Source of the DNA: Candidatus Poriferisocius sp.
GTDB lineage: Bacteria > Actinomycetota > Acidimicrobiia > Acidimicrobiales > Bin134
Direction: 5' to 3'
Assembly (NCBI RefSeq): GCF_965214065.1
Contig: NZ_CBDCAT010000027.1
Coordinates: 311,968 to 375,967 of the forward strand
DNA: 64,000 bases
Under the pieces are notes generated by a model. That model saw only the letters and a list, made by a program, of their open reading frames with translations. It ran no database searches and was not told the DNA's origin. This document shows, one piece after another, positions 1 to 8,808 of this stretch; positions within the stretch are counted from its first letter, which is position 1, and each line of letters opens with the position of its first letter. The position numbers and the translations under genes were made by a program.

Positions 1-495
1 TCGGCCCGCCCCCGATCAACGAAGGCGTCGATGTAGTGGTTCAGCACCGGGTTCACTATCTCGTGTTCCCAGCGCTCCATCTCCCGGCGGGTGAACGCCT
101 GCTGAAGCAGCCTGCGGTACTGCCCGTGCTCGGGCTCGTCCATCTCCAAGATGGTGTGCCCCATCACCAGGCCCATCGACTCGGCATAGCCCGCAGAGGA
201 AAACGTGGCCCCGTCCCGCAGCGCCGCCTCCACTCCGTCGTACGACAGCACGTTCGCGATCTTGCGCTCCCCGGCCATCAGATCGCTCACGCTGACGGTA
301 TCCAGCACCTCCGACATGCTGCCCCAGTGGACCGGACACTGGGCCAAGAGCTCGGCGTAGATCGTGTAGGGATCGATCGAATGGTCAGCCCCCTGCGCCT
401 GATCAAATGCGTCAAACGGGTCGTACCCTTCGTCGCCCGGCTCGGGGGCCCGGGCGGCCGCTAGAATCTCGCCCGGCGTCATCTCGAACTTCATA
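1..495 (-). CDS. cytochrome P450, N-terminal part (gene runs off the left edge)
   Basis: Absent from the ORF track because it has no stop in the window. Manual reverse translation from the ATG at 495 gives MKFEMTPGEILAAARAPEPGDEGYDPFDAFDQAQGADHSIDPYTIYAELLAQCPVHWGS...MDEPEHGQYRRLLQQAF. This is a P450 N-terminal region with the PEHxxxR(R/K)L motif, which is also present in the P450 at 12442. Confidence 0.75.
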
Positions 496-536
496 TCGAG
501 CCACTGTAAGTCCATCCCAGAGAGTGCGGTAGTCCT

Positions 537-1844
537 ATGGCCATCGATTTTTCCGTCGAACCGGAGTTCCAAGAGAAGCTCGACTGGATGGACGCCTTCG
601 TCACCGCCGAGATCGAGCCCATCGACCTCTATTTCCGGGGCGAGGTCAACCCCTTCGACCGCACCAACGAGACGGCCAACGCCCTGATCCGCCCGCTGCA
701 AAAGCAGGTGCAAGACCAGGGCCTGTGGGCCTGCCACATGGGTCCCCACCTCGGCGGCCTCGGCTACGGCCAGGTCAAGCTGGCGTTGATGAACGAGATC
801 CTGGGCCGGGCGCTGTGGGCCCAGGTGGTGTTCGGCTGCCAGGCCCCCGACTCCGGCAATGCCGAGATCATCGCCCACTACGGCACCGACGAGCAGAAGG
901 AGCTCTACCTCCAGCCCCTGCTCGACAGCAAGATCTCCTCCACCTACGCCATGACCGAACCCCAGGGCGGATCCGACCCCAATTACTTCACCTGCTCGGC
1001 CCACCGCGACGGCGAAGAGTGGGTGATCAACGGCGAGAAGTGGTTCGCCTCCAACTTCAAGTACGCCAAGTTCATGATCGTCATGTTGATCACCAACCCC
1101 GATGTGCCGGTGTATCGGGGTTCGTCGATGATGCTGGTGCCCACCGACACCCCCGGCATTGAGGTGGTGGCCGACGTCGGCCTCGGCACCGAGGACTTGG
1201 AAGACGGCGACCACGCCTACCTCCGCTTCAACGATGTGCGGGTGCCGGCCGAGAACCTGCTGGGCGACGAGGGCTCGGGTTTCAAGATCGCCCAGACCCG
1301 CCTCGGCGGAGGCCGGGTCCACCACGGCATGCGCTCAGTGGGCGTGGCCCAGCGGGCCCTCGACATGATGTGTGAGCGGGTGCTGTCCCGGGAGACCAAG
1401 GGCTCGCTTATCGGCGAGAAGCAGTCCATCCAGCACTGGATCGCCGACTCGTGGATCCAGATCCAGCAGTTCCGCCTCCAAGTGCTCCACACCGCCTGGC
1501 TGATCGACAACGAGGGCGACTACGCCAAGGTTCGCCAGCACATCGCCGGCGTCAAGGTGGCTACCCCCAAGGTGCTGATCGATGTGGTGTACCGGGCCAT
1601 GCACGCCCACGGCTCTCTCGGCGTCTCCAACCTCATGCCCCTCACCTCGATGTGGATGAGTGGCCCCGTCATGGGCATCGCCGACGGCCCCACCGAGGTC
1701 CACAAAGACACCATCGCCAAAACCATCCTCAAGGGCTACAAACCCTCCGACGCCCTCTTCCCCTCCCAACACCTCCCCACCCGAATAGCCACCGCCCGCC
1801 AATACATCGAATCCCGCATAGAGAACGAAATCGCAAATCTCTAA
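537..1844 (+). CDS. acyl-CoA dehydrogenase family protein
   Basis: 435-aa ORF of typical ACAD length and layout. Contains YAMTEPQGGSDP (ACAD TEPxxGSD motif). Divergent from the P450 with a 41-nt gap. Confidence 0.9.
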   Translation: MAIDFSVEPEFQEKLDWMDAFVTAEIEPIDLYFRGEVNPFDRTNETANALIRPLQKQVQDQGLWACHMGPHLGGLGYGQVKLALMNEILGRALWAQVVFGCQAPDSGNAEIIAHYGTDEQKELYLQPLLDSKISSTYAMTEPQGGSDPNYFTCSAHRDGEEWVINGEKWFASNFKYAKFMIVMLITNPDVPVYRGSSMMLVPTDTPGIEVVADVGLGTEDLEDGDHAYLRFNDVRVPAENLLGDEGSGFKIAQTRLGGGRVHHGMRSVGVAQRALDMMCERVLSRETKGSLIGEKQSIQHWIADSWIQIQQFRLQVLHTAWLIDNEGDYAKVRQHIAGVKVATPKVLIDVVYRAMHAHGSLGVSNLMPLTSMWMSGPVMGIADGPTEVHKDTIAKTILKGYKPSDALFPSQHLPTRIATARQYIESRIENEIANL

Positions 1845-1881
1845 CGCTCAAGAGAACGCTGGCGGTACACTTCTCATCAGA

Positions 1882-1933
1882 AGCCGGGGTGGGGCCAGAG
1901 CGGACGAATGCTGTTAGGAACCCCACCCCGGCT
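1882..1933. terminator. GC-rich hairpin between convergent genes (13-bp perfect stem, 26-nt loop)
   Basis: agccggggtgggg (1882-1894) pairs perfectly with ccccaccccggct (1921-1933). No clear T-tract, so terminator function is inferred only. Confidence 0.35.
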
Positions 1934-1955
1934 CCAGCGTTAAGATACCTGAAAT

Positions 1956-1985
1956 AAGTCAGAATAAACTGAAATTATCTGACTT
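1956..1985. terminator. AT-rich hairpin (8-bp stem) followed by a T-run, overlapping the stop of the minus-strand gene
   Basis: aagtcaga (1956-1963) pairs with tctgactt (1978-1985), followed by ctggtttt on the plus strand. It sits in a locally AT-rich patch downstream of the acyl-CoA dehydrogenase. Confidence 0.4.
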
Positions 1986-2439
1986 CTGGTTTTGGCAATG
2001 GCTTTGCCGTCGGCACCCGCCCAAAGATGTAGGCCAATCCGACGATCCCGACTCCGATCACGATGCCCCGCCACGTCCATGAACTGATCAGCAAACCCGT
2101 ACTGATCCCCACCGCGACCACGATCATCGTTCCGGCGATCACCTTCGCCCGCCAAGGCATCCCCAAACCCGACCGGTAGTCAGCCACCAACTTGCCCACA
2201 CCGGGAAGGTTCAAGACCCACCGCTCCATACGCTCGCTTGACCGCGAAAACGCGGCCGCCGCCATGATGAAGAACACCGTCGACGGCAGCCCGGGCACAA
2301 TCACGCCGATGGCCCCCACCGCCACACACACCAGCCCGCCAACAACCCAAAGCCCCCGCACTAGCGGGTTATTGGCCACTTTGGAGTGACTGGAAGGAGC
2401 GGAGTCGCCGGGGTCAGCCGGCGAGTTCGATGAAGTCAC
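1975..2439 (-). CDS. DUF454 (YbaN-like) inner membrane protein
   Basis: The segment GLPSTVFFIMAAAAFSRSSERMERWV resembles the E. coli YbaN core ([25 protein letters not shown]). Predicted to be multi-TM. The start is uncertain: GTG at 2439 overlaps the upstream gene by 26 nt, and GTG at 2379 is an alternative. Confidence 0.65.
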   Translation of the reverse strand: MTSSNSPADPGDSAPSSHSKVANNPLVRGLWVVGGLVCVAVGAIGVIVPGLPSTVFFIMAAAAFSRSSERMERWVLNLPGVGKLVADYRSGLGMPWRAKVIAGTMIVVAVGISTGLLISSWTWRGIVIGVGIVGLAYIFGRVPTAKPLPKPEVR

Positions 2440-2743
2440 CGACCGTCAAGTAGCACAGCAGGCCGATCACCAGTACGTTCACCGTGCTCACCGGCCACTT
2501 CAGCCGATGGTCGGCCCGCCAGAACCGCCGGATGCTCAGCACGTTGAACACGATGGCCACCAGCCCAATCGGCGCACTCAAAGCCGGCCCCACTGAATCG
2601 GACAACCCCAGCACCGGCAGCAGGAAGGGGAGCACCAGGTAGGTCAGAAGGCACCGGATTCCCGACACCACCATCGACTGGCTGAACCGTCGTTCGGCTG
2701 TGCTCGGGACATCAACCTCCGCTGGAGCGGTATCAACAGTCAT
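2414..2743 (-). CDS. small hypothetical membrane protein (about 3 TM)
   Basis: 109-aa ORF with an ATG start and hydrophobic segments. No family recognised. Confidence 0.5.
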   Translation of the reverse strand: MTVDTAPAEVDVPSTAERRFSQSMVVSGIRCLLTYLVLPFLLPVLGLSDSVGPALSAPIGLVAIVFNVLSIRRFWRADHRLKWPVSTVNVLVIGLLCYLTVGDFIELAG

Positions 2744-2815
2744 TCAGGCCCAGTCTCCCACTTCGTGCCAATTCCCGCCTCACTCAACCTGAGCATTCAT
2801 CTACGATTCCCGCTG

Positions 2816-3016
2816 ATGCGCATTCGGGTAGACACCGAGCTTTGCCAGGGTCACGGGCGCTGCTACATGCTGGCGCCCGATCTTTTCGACCCCGACGACA
2901 ACGGCTACTGCCAACCCACCGATGAGCGCATCGTGCCCGCCGAGCTGGCCGACCAGGCTCGCCGGGCATTCATGAACTGCCCCGAAGACGCCATCATCCT
3001 GACCGAGGAGACCTGA
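2816..3016 (+). CDS. [3Fe-4S]-type ferredoxin (P450 redox partner)
   Basis: MRIRVDTELCQGHGRCYMLAPDLFD...NCPEDAI shows the CxxHxxC...CP cluster motif of actinobacterial P450-linked ferredoxins. Its stop overlaps the P450 start (ATGA). I trimmed the tracked ORF (2765) to the ATG at 2816. Confidence 0.85.
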   Translation: MRIRVDTELCQGHGRCYMLAPDLFDPDDNGYCQPTDERIVPAELADQARRAFMNCPEDAIILTEET

Positions 3017-4185
3017 TGTCCGAAAAGAAGTATTCGCTCGAACTCCCCGAGGTCGCCCGAAATCCCCACGACACCTACCGGAAACTGCGCGACAACGCCC
3101 CGGTGACTGAACTGTCCGGTCGGAGCAGCCTTGGCGCCGTCACCCTCAGTCGTCACGAAGACGTGATGCGGGCCTTTCAGACCCCCGAGGTGTTCTCCTC
3201 CGATCCGGGAGCGGTGGACATCGGCAACACCCGCCCGCTGGTGCCCCTCCAAATCGACCCTCCCCACCACCGCAAGCACCGCAAAGCACTCGACCCTCTG
3301 TTCGCCCCCCAGCAGATGGCCAAGCACGAGCCTCGCGTGCGGGAGCTGATCCGCGAGCTGATCGACAATGTGGCCGACGAAGGCCACTGCAACTTCCATC
3401 ATGAAATCGCCGAGCCCATGCCGTCCACCATTTTCCTGGAGCTGCTGGGCTTGCCCGTAAGCCGGGTCGAGGAGTTCCTAGCCCTCAAAGACGGCATTGT
3501 CCGCCCACCGGCCCGCTCGATGGAGGAGCGCCGGGAGATGGTCAATGCCACCGGCCAGGAGATCTACGCCGTGCTCGAAGAGGTGGTGGACGCCCGCATG
3601 GCCGAGCGCCAAGACGATTTCTTGTCCACCATCCTCGACGCTGAGGTCGAAGGCCAGCCCCTCAGCCGAGACGACGTGGTCGACATCGGCTACCTGTTCT
3701 TCATCGCCGGACTCGACACCGTGTCGGCTTCGCTGGAGTGCATGGTGGCCTTCCTGGCCCAGAATCCCGGTCACCGCCAGCAGCTAGTAGACGACCCGTC
3801 GGTGATCCCCCACGCCATAGAGGAGCTGCTGCGCTATGAGAGCCCGGTGGCCAGCGCAGCCCGCATCACCGCGGTCGACACCGAGGTCAACGGCTGCCCC
3901 ATCTCGGCGGGCACCCGCATCCACGTCTTGATCGGCTCGGCCAACACCGACGAGCGGACCTGGGATAACCCCGACGAAGTGAACTTCGGCCGGGAGTCCA
4001 AAAAGCACATCGCCTTCGGCGCCGGCGTCCACCGCTGCCTAGGCTCCCATCTGGCCCGCATGGAGCTGCGGGTCGCTCTGGAGGAATGGCACGCCCGTGT
4101 GCCCGACTACCGCCTAGCCGAGGGAATCGAGCCGAGGTTCAGCCAGGGCATCCGCCAGATCGACAACCTGGAACTGGTCTGGTGA
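3016..4185 (+). CDS. cytochrome P450
   Basis: 389 aa. Heme-binding loop FGAGVHRCLGSHLAR and EELLRYESP (ExxR). Translationally coupled to the ferredoxin. Confidence 0.93.
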   Translation: MSEKKYSLELPEVARNPHDTYRKLRDNAPVTELSGRSSLGAVTLSRHEDVMRAFQTPEVFSSDPGAVDIGNTRPLVPLQIDPPHHRKHRKALDPLFAPQQMAKHEPRVRELIRELIDNVADEGHCNFHHEIAEPMPSTIFLELLGLPVSRVEEFLALKDGIVRPPARSMEERREMVNATGQEIYAVLEEVVDARMAERQDDFLSTILDAEVEGQPLSRDDVVDIGYLFFIAGLDTVSASLECMVAFLAQNPGHRQQLVDDPSVIPHAIEELLRYESPVASAARITAVDTEVNGCPISAGTRIHVLIGSANTDERTWDNPDEVNFGRESKKHIAFGAGVHRCLGSHLARMELRVALEEWHARVPDYRLAEGIEPRFSQGIRQIDNLELVW

Positions 4186-5423
4186 GCGACCGCGAAGCCC
4201 CGCCCAGCCGCCCCCTCGAGGGCATCAGGGTGGTCGAGGTCGCCAGCTGGATGTTCATCCCCTCCGGCGGCTCGGTGCTGGTCGACTGGGGCGCCGACGT
4301 CATCAAAGTCGAGCACCCGGTCACCGGCGACCCCCAGCGGGGCCTCATCACCTCGGGACTCGTGCCCGGCGGCGCGGGTGGGGTCAACTTCATGATCGAA
4401 CAGCCCAACCGGGGCAAGCGCTCCGTCGGGCTGAACTTGGCCCACCCCGACGGGCGGGAGATGCTGCTCAAGCTGGTGGAGACCGCCGATGTGTTCCTCA
4501 CCAACTACATGCCCCCAGTGCGCCGCAAGCTCCGCATCGACACCGACGACCTGCGGGAGCGCAACCCCCAGATCATCATCGCCCGGGGCTCCGGCCAGGG
4601 GCCCCACGGCCCCGACGCCGAAAAGGGCGGATACGACGGCGCCTCCTTCTGGGCCCGGGGCGGCATGGGCGCCACCCTGCCGGCCCGCCCCGACGGCTGG
4701 CCCATGAGCCAGCCCGCCCCCGCCTTCGGCGATGTCATGGGCGGCATGGCCACCGCTGGCGCCATCGCCGCGGCCCTCTACCAGCGGTCCGCCACCGGCG
4801 AGCCCTCGGTCATCGACGTATCGCTTCTGGCCACCGCCATGTGGCAGCTCTCGCCCCTCGTCATCGCGGCCAAGCTCTTCGGAATGGACCGGCTCCCCAC
4901 CGGCGACCGCACCAAGATGGTCAACCCCGTGGTGAACGCCTACCGCACCTCCGACGACCGCTACCTCAGCTTCATCCTGCTCCAAGCCGACAAGCACTGG
5001 GCCCAGCTCTGCGAGTGCATCGGCCGCCCCGAGCTGGCCACCGACCCCCGATTCGTCGACATGGCCGCCCGGGCCGAGAACAACGAGGCCTGCATCGCCA
5101 TCCTCGACGACGTGTTCGAAGCCCAGCCCCTGTCGCACTGGAAAGAGGCCCTGGCCGACTTCAAAGGCGTGTGGGTCCCGTTCCAGACCCTGGGCGAGCT
5201 CTACGAAGACCCCCAGGTCGTCGCCAACGGCTATCTCCCCGCCATGACCACCGGCAACGGCCAAGAGGTGCAGCTCGTGGCCAACCCCGCCATGTTCAAC
5301 GAGCAGCCGGTAACCGTAGACCGCGCCCCCGAACACGGCGAGCACACCGAAAGCCTCCTCCTAGAAGCCGGCATCGCATGGGACGACATAGCCGCCATGA
5401 AAGAAGCCGGCGCCATCCTCTAG
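4182..5423 (+). CDS. CoA-transferase family III (CaiB/BaiF-like)
   Basis: LEGIRVVEVASWMFIPSGGSVLVDWGADVIKVEHP is the typical family III N-terminus. I chose the GTG at 4182, which overlaps the P450 stop (GTGA). The tracked ORF start at 4086 lies inside the P450. Confidence 0.88.
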   Translation: MSDREAPPSRPLEGIRVVEVASWMFIPSGGSVLVDWGADVIKVEHPVTGDPQRGLITSGLVPGGAGGVNFMIEQPNRGKRSVGLNLAHPDGREMLLKLVETADVFLTNYMPPVRRKLRIDTDDLRERNPQIIIARGSGQGPHGPDAEKGGYDGASFWARGGMGATLPARPDGWPMSQPAPAFGDVMGGMATAGAIAAALYQRSATGEPSVIDVSLLATAMWQLSPLVIAAKLFGMDRLPTGDRTKMVNPVVNAYRTSDDRYLSFILLQADKHWAQLCECIGRPELATDPRFVDMAARAENNEACIAILDDVFEAQPLSHWKEALADFKGVWVPFQTLGELYEDPQVVANGYLPAMTTGNGQEVQLVANPAMFNEQPVTVDRAPEHGEHTESLLLEAGIAWDDIAAMKEAGAIL

Positions 5424-5451
5424 CCCCTAACGCCTGCCTCAGCGGGCGGGT

Positions 5452-6288
5452 TCAGTCGCCGAACAAGGCGGTGGCGATAGAGGCGGCGATGCGGGGCGGG
5501 TCCTGAATGGGGCCGAAGTGGGTGAGGTCTTCGAAGGTTTCCAGGGTGGCGTTGGGCAGCGCATCGGCGATTTGGGGGGCCACCATGGCGGGGGGATCGG
5601 TGTCGGTGCCGGTCGCCACCGTTACGGCAGCGGCAATTTCGCCCAGCCGGTCAAAGGCCGATCGGTCGGGGTTCTCGAAGATGGTGGCCTCCACCTCCCG
5701 TGGGCACTTCATGGTCACCGTGCCGTCGGCCAACTCCAGAAATCCGTGGTCCAGGTAGGCCCACAGCACCTCGGGGTCCAACAAGTTGAAAGGAAGCCGG
5801 CTCGAATACCGCTCATAAGCCGCCTGGCGCGAGACGAAGAACTCCTTGCGCATTCGGGCTATGTCTCCCAGCGCCTTCACCCCCTCACGAGGGAGGGAGT
5901 ATGCCGGAATGGTCACCGGCTCATACACCCAGGCCCGGTCGAAGGTCCCCGGCCGGGCCAGCTCGGCCTTCAAGATGGATGCCCCGCCCAAAGAGTGGCC
6001 CGCTGCCAGCCGGGGCGTCGGATAAATCGCGTCCACTGCGGCCAGCACATCGTCGGCAAACCCGTCCCATTCGTAGCCCTCATCCGGGGCCGACTCGCTG
6101 TCGCCGTGGCCTCGGAAATCCAACGCCCAGCAGTGGGCCACCGGCCTTAGGTCGCGTGCCGCCGCCTGCCACATCCGCCCGCAAAACCCGTTGGCATGGG
6201 TCAACAGCACCGATGGCCCGTCGCCCCCCAAGTCGTGCATCGCCACCCGCGCCCCCTTGGATGAGTCAATCAGCATCGGGCCGCTCAT
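5452..6288 (-). CDS. alpha/beta hydrolase
   Basis: GHSLGG nucleophile elbow and HANGF oxyanion-region motif. The start was moved to the ATG at 6288 (MSGPMLIDSS), because the longest ORF (6381) would overlap the divergent crotonase start. Confidence 0.8.
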   Translation of the reverse strand: MSGPMLIDSSKGARVAMHDLGGDGPSVLLTHANGFCGRMWQAAARDLRPVAHCWALDFRGHGDSESAPDEGYEWDGFADDVLAAVDAIYPTPRLAAGHSLGGASILKAELARPGTFDRAWVYEPVTIPAYSLPREGVKALGDIARMRKEFFVSRQAAYERYSSRLPFNLLDPEVLWAYLDHGFLELADGTVTMKCPREVEATIFENPDRSAFDRLGEIAAAVTVATGTDTDPPAMVAPQIADALPNATLETFEDLTHFGPIQDPPRIAASIATALFGD

Positions 6289-6352
6289 GGCCGAAAAACC
6301 TGGGCCGTTGGGGTGGGTCCGCACATCGGCCCGCAGGTTACGGTTGGCGGCC

Positions 6353-7180
6353 ATGAACGACAACATCGTCTTGATCGACAATCCCCGGCCTCACGTCCGG
6401 CGCATCACCATGAACCGCCCCGAGAAGCGCAACAGCCTCATCCACCCGCTGCGGGGAGCTGTTCTCGATGCGCTGGCCGAGGCCGACCAAGACGACGATG
6501 TCAAGGTCAGCATCGTCTGCGGCGCCGGCCCCTCGTTCTCCGCCGGCTACGACCTGAGCGGGGGCAACGAGGGCTATGAGCTGCCGTTCTACACCCCCGG
6601 CGGCGAGGGCCAGTGGCCCCGCCACGTCACCGAGGGCTGGATGAGTATCTGGGATCTGGCCAAGCCGGTCATCGCCCAGGTCCACGGCTACTGCCTGGCC
6701 GGGGGCAGCGAGCTGGCCACCGGCTGCGATCTGGTCTACATGGCCGAGGACGCCAAAATGGGCTACCCCGCCGTCCGCTTCGGCGTGCCCGACATGCACT
6801 TCCACTCCTGGTTCATGGGCATGCGCAAGGCCATGGAGATGATGCTCACCGGCGACTATGTGTCTGGCATCGAGGCGGTGGAGAAGGGCTGGGCCAACGC
6901 CGCCTACCCCGAAGACGAGCTGGCCGACGCCGTGCTCGACATCGCCGAGCGCATCTCCCAGGTGCCCACCGAGCTGCTTCAGATGAACAAGCGGGTGGTC
7001 CACCGCCAGATGGAGCACATGGGCATGCGGGCCGGCATCCGGGCCGGCACCGAGCTGTGCGCGCTGGGCACCCACACCCAAGCCATGGCCGATTTCGTGG
7101 GCTCGATCCAAAAGAAGGGCCTCACCACCACGCTTTCCGAGCGCGACTCCAAGTTCGGCGACTACCGCACCAGCCACTGA
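6353..7180 (+). CDS. enoyl-CoA hydratase/isomerase (crotonase) family
   Basis: MNDNIVLIDNPRPHVRRITMNRPEKRNSL...CGAGPSFSAGYDL is a classical crotonase N-terminal pattern. ATG at 6353. Confidence 0.9.
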   Translation: MNDNIVLIDNPRPHVRRITMNRPEKRNSLIHPLRGAVLDALAEADQDDDVKVSIVCGAGPSFSAGYDLSGGNEGYELPFYTPGGEGQWPRHVTEGWMSIWDLAKPVIAQVHGYCLAGGSELATGCDLVYMAEDAKMGYPAVRFGVPDMHFHSWFMGMRKAMEMMLTGDYVSGIEAVEKGWANAAYPEDELADAVLDIAERISQVPTELLQMNKRVVHRQMEHMGMRAGIRAGTELCALGTHTQAMADFVGSIQKKGLTTTLSERDSKFGDYRTSH

Positions 7181-7256
7181 GCTTCTCCGACCCTTTACCT
7201 GGGAGCGAGCTAGTTGGGCTAGTTTGACGGGGACAATCACGAGGGGGGAATCCTTG

Positions 7257-8777
7257 ATGGCTGCTCGCTTTTGGAAACTGGCGCTGATTCTCGCCGCCCT
7301 TACCCTGGTGGCCAGCGCCTGTGGCAATGCGGGAAACGACGACGAGGGCGGCGCCCCGGCGCCCATCACCGCTCCCGCCGCTCCCGAAGAGACCGACGAC
7401 GAGCCCGCCCCCGCGCCCGAAGCTGAACCCGAGCCTGCGCCCGTGCCGGAAGAGGCCGACGACGAGCCCGCCCTCGCGCCCGAGGAAGCTGGCGACGACG
7501 AGCCCGCCCCCGATGGCGAGCCCGAAGCTGAGCCCGAGCCCAAGGAGCCCGAGCACCGCCACACTTTCGTGCCCATCTCTGGTGTGCCCGGAGTGAACGA
7601 CAACGAGATCAAGGTCACCTCCATCGTCACCATCAGCAACAACATGCTGGGCACCAACATCGCCGCCTACAACGACGGCATCGAGGCCTACTTCAACTAC
7701 ATCAACGACACCGGCGGCATCTACGGACGCGAGCTGGTGCTGGCCAACAAGCGCGACGACCAGCTGTTCTCGAACCAAGCCGAATCGCTGGCCATGGTGG
7801 AAGAAGACGACTCGCTGGCCGCCTTCGTGGCCACCCTGCTGTTCTTCGGGGCCGACACCCTCAATGACGCCGGCGTGCCGGTGTTCGGTTGGAACATCCA
7901 CAACGAGTTCGCCGATCGATGGAACATCGTCGGCAACATCGCCCCCAGCTGCATCGGCTGCATCCACCAACTGTTCCCCTGGGTCGCCACCCAGGTGGGC
8001 GCCACCAAGGTCGGAATCTTCGGCTACGGCAACAGCGAGAACTCCAAGATCTGCGCCGAGGGCACCCGCGACTCCATCGAGCACTACAGCGCCGAGGCCG
8101 GCGGCATGACGGTGGAGTTCTTCGACACCTCCATCGAGTTCGGGCTGGCTGGCGGCGTCGCCCCCCAAGTCTCGGAGATGAAGGACAACGGCGTCGACTT
8201 CATCTTCACCTGCCTCGATCTCAACGGCATGCGCACCATCGCCCAAGAGCTGGTCAAGCAGGACTACCGCGACCAAGTCACCATGTATCACCCCAACACC
8301 TACAACCATGAGTTCGTCGCCGCCAATGCCGACTTGTTCGAGGGCGACTTGGTCTTCGTCCAGTTCGTGCCGTTCGAGGCCGAAATCGACAGCGAGCTGC
8401 AAAGGCGGTTCTTCGAGTACACCGAGGGCCTCAAGCTCGAAGAGCAGACCATCGTCGGCTGGCTCAACGCCCACCTGTTCTACGACGGGCTTTTGGCTGC
8501 GGGCCCCGAATTCGATCGGGCCTCTTTGATGGAGGCGGTGCGCTCGTTCGAGGACTACAGCCACGACGGGCTCACCAATCCCATCGACTGGAACCGCCAG
8601 ATCCCTCTGCCCAACGACAACATCGACGCCGACTACGAATACCGCTGCGTGAACGGCGTGCAGGTGCAAGACGGTGCCTTCGTCCAGTGGACCGGCGAGC
8701 CCGGCGAGCCTTGGGTGTGCTGGGAGGTTGTCCGGGAAGACTGGCACGACCCCGAAGCCCTCTCGTTTGTGAACTGA
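7257..8777 (+). CDS. ABC transporter substrate-binding lipoprotein (Leu/Ile/Val-binding-protein family) with long Pro/Asp/Glu tether
   Basis: MAARFWKLALILAALTLVASACGN provides a signal peptide plus lipobox. About 85 aa of DDEPAPAPE-type linker follow, then a type-I periplasmic binding fold. An RBS (gagggggg) precedes the ATG at 7257. It heads an ABC operon. Confidence 0.85.
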   Translation: MAARFWKLALILAALTLVASACGNAGNDDEGGAPAPITAPAAPEETDDEPAPAPEAEPEPAPVPEEADDEPALAPEEAGDDEPAPDGEPEAEPEPKEPEHRHTFVPISGVPGVNDNEIKVTSIVTISNNMLGTNIAAYNDGIEAYFNYINDTGGIYGRELVLANKRDDQLFSNQAESLAMVEEDDSLAAFVATLLFFGADTLNDAGVPVFGWNIHNEFADRWNIVGNIAPSCIGCIHQLFPWVATQVGATKVGIFGYGNSENSKICAEGTRDSIEHYSAEAGGMTVEFFDTSIEFGLAGGVAPQVSEMKDNGVDFIFTCLDLNGMRTIAQELVKQDYRDQVTMYHPNTYNHEFVAANADLFEGDLVFVQFVPFEAEIDSELQRRFFEYTEGLKLEEQTIVGWLNAHLFYDGLLAAGPEFDRASLMEAVRSFEDYSHDGLTNPIDWNRQIPLPNDNIDADYEYRCVNGVQVQDGAFVQWTGEPGEPWVCWEVVREDWHDPEALSFVN

Positions 8778-8808
8778 CACGGTCTGCTGAGCGGAGGCTG
8801 GGCCGACC

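Noticed and set aside
4107-5345. Long antisense or alternative-frame ORFs. Examples: 4107-5345 (minus), 6338-7660 (minus), 7122-8921 (minus), 9435-11642 (plus, N-terminal part), 36194-38281 (minus), 42893-44716 (plus), 57760-59433 (minus).
   Set aside because: They are typical high-GC shadow ORFs. Their translations are Ala/Gly/Arg/Pro/His-rich low-complexity sequence without motifs. Each is fully overlapped by a gene with clear family signatures in another frame or on the other strand.
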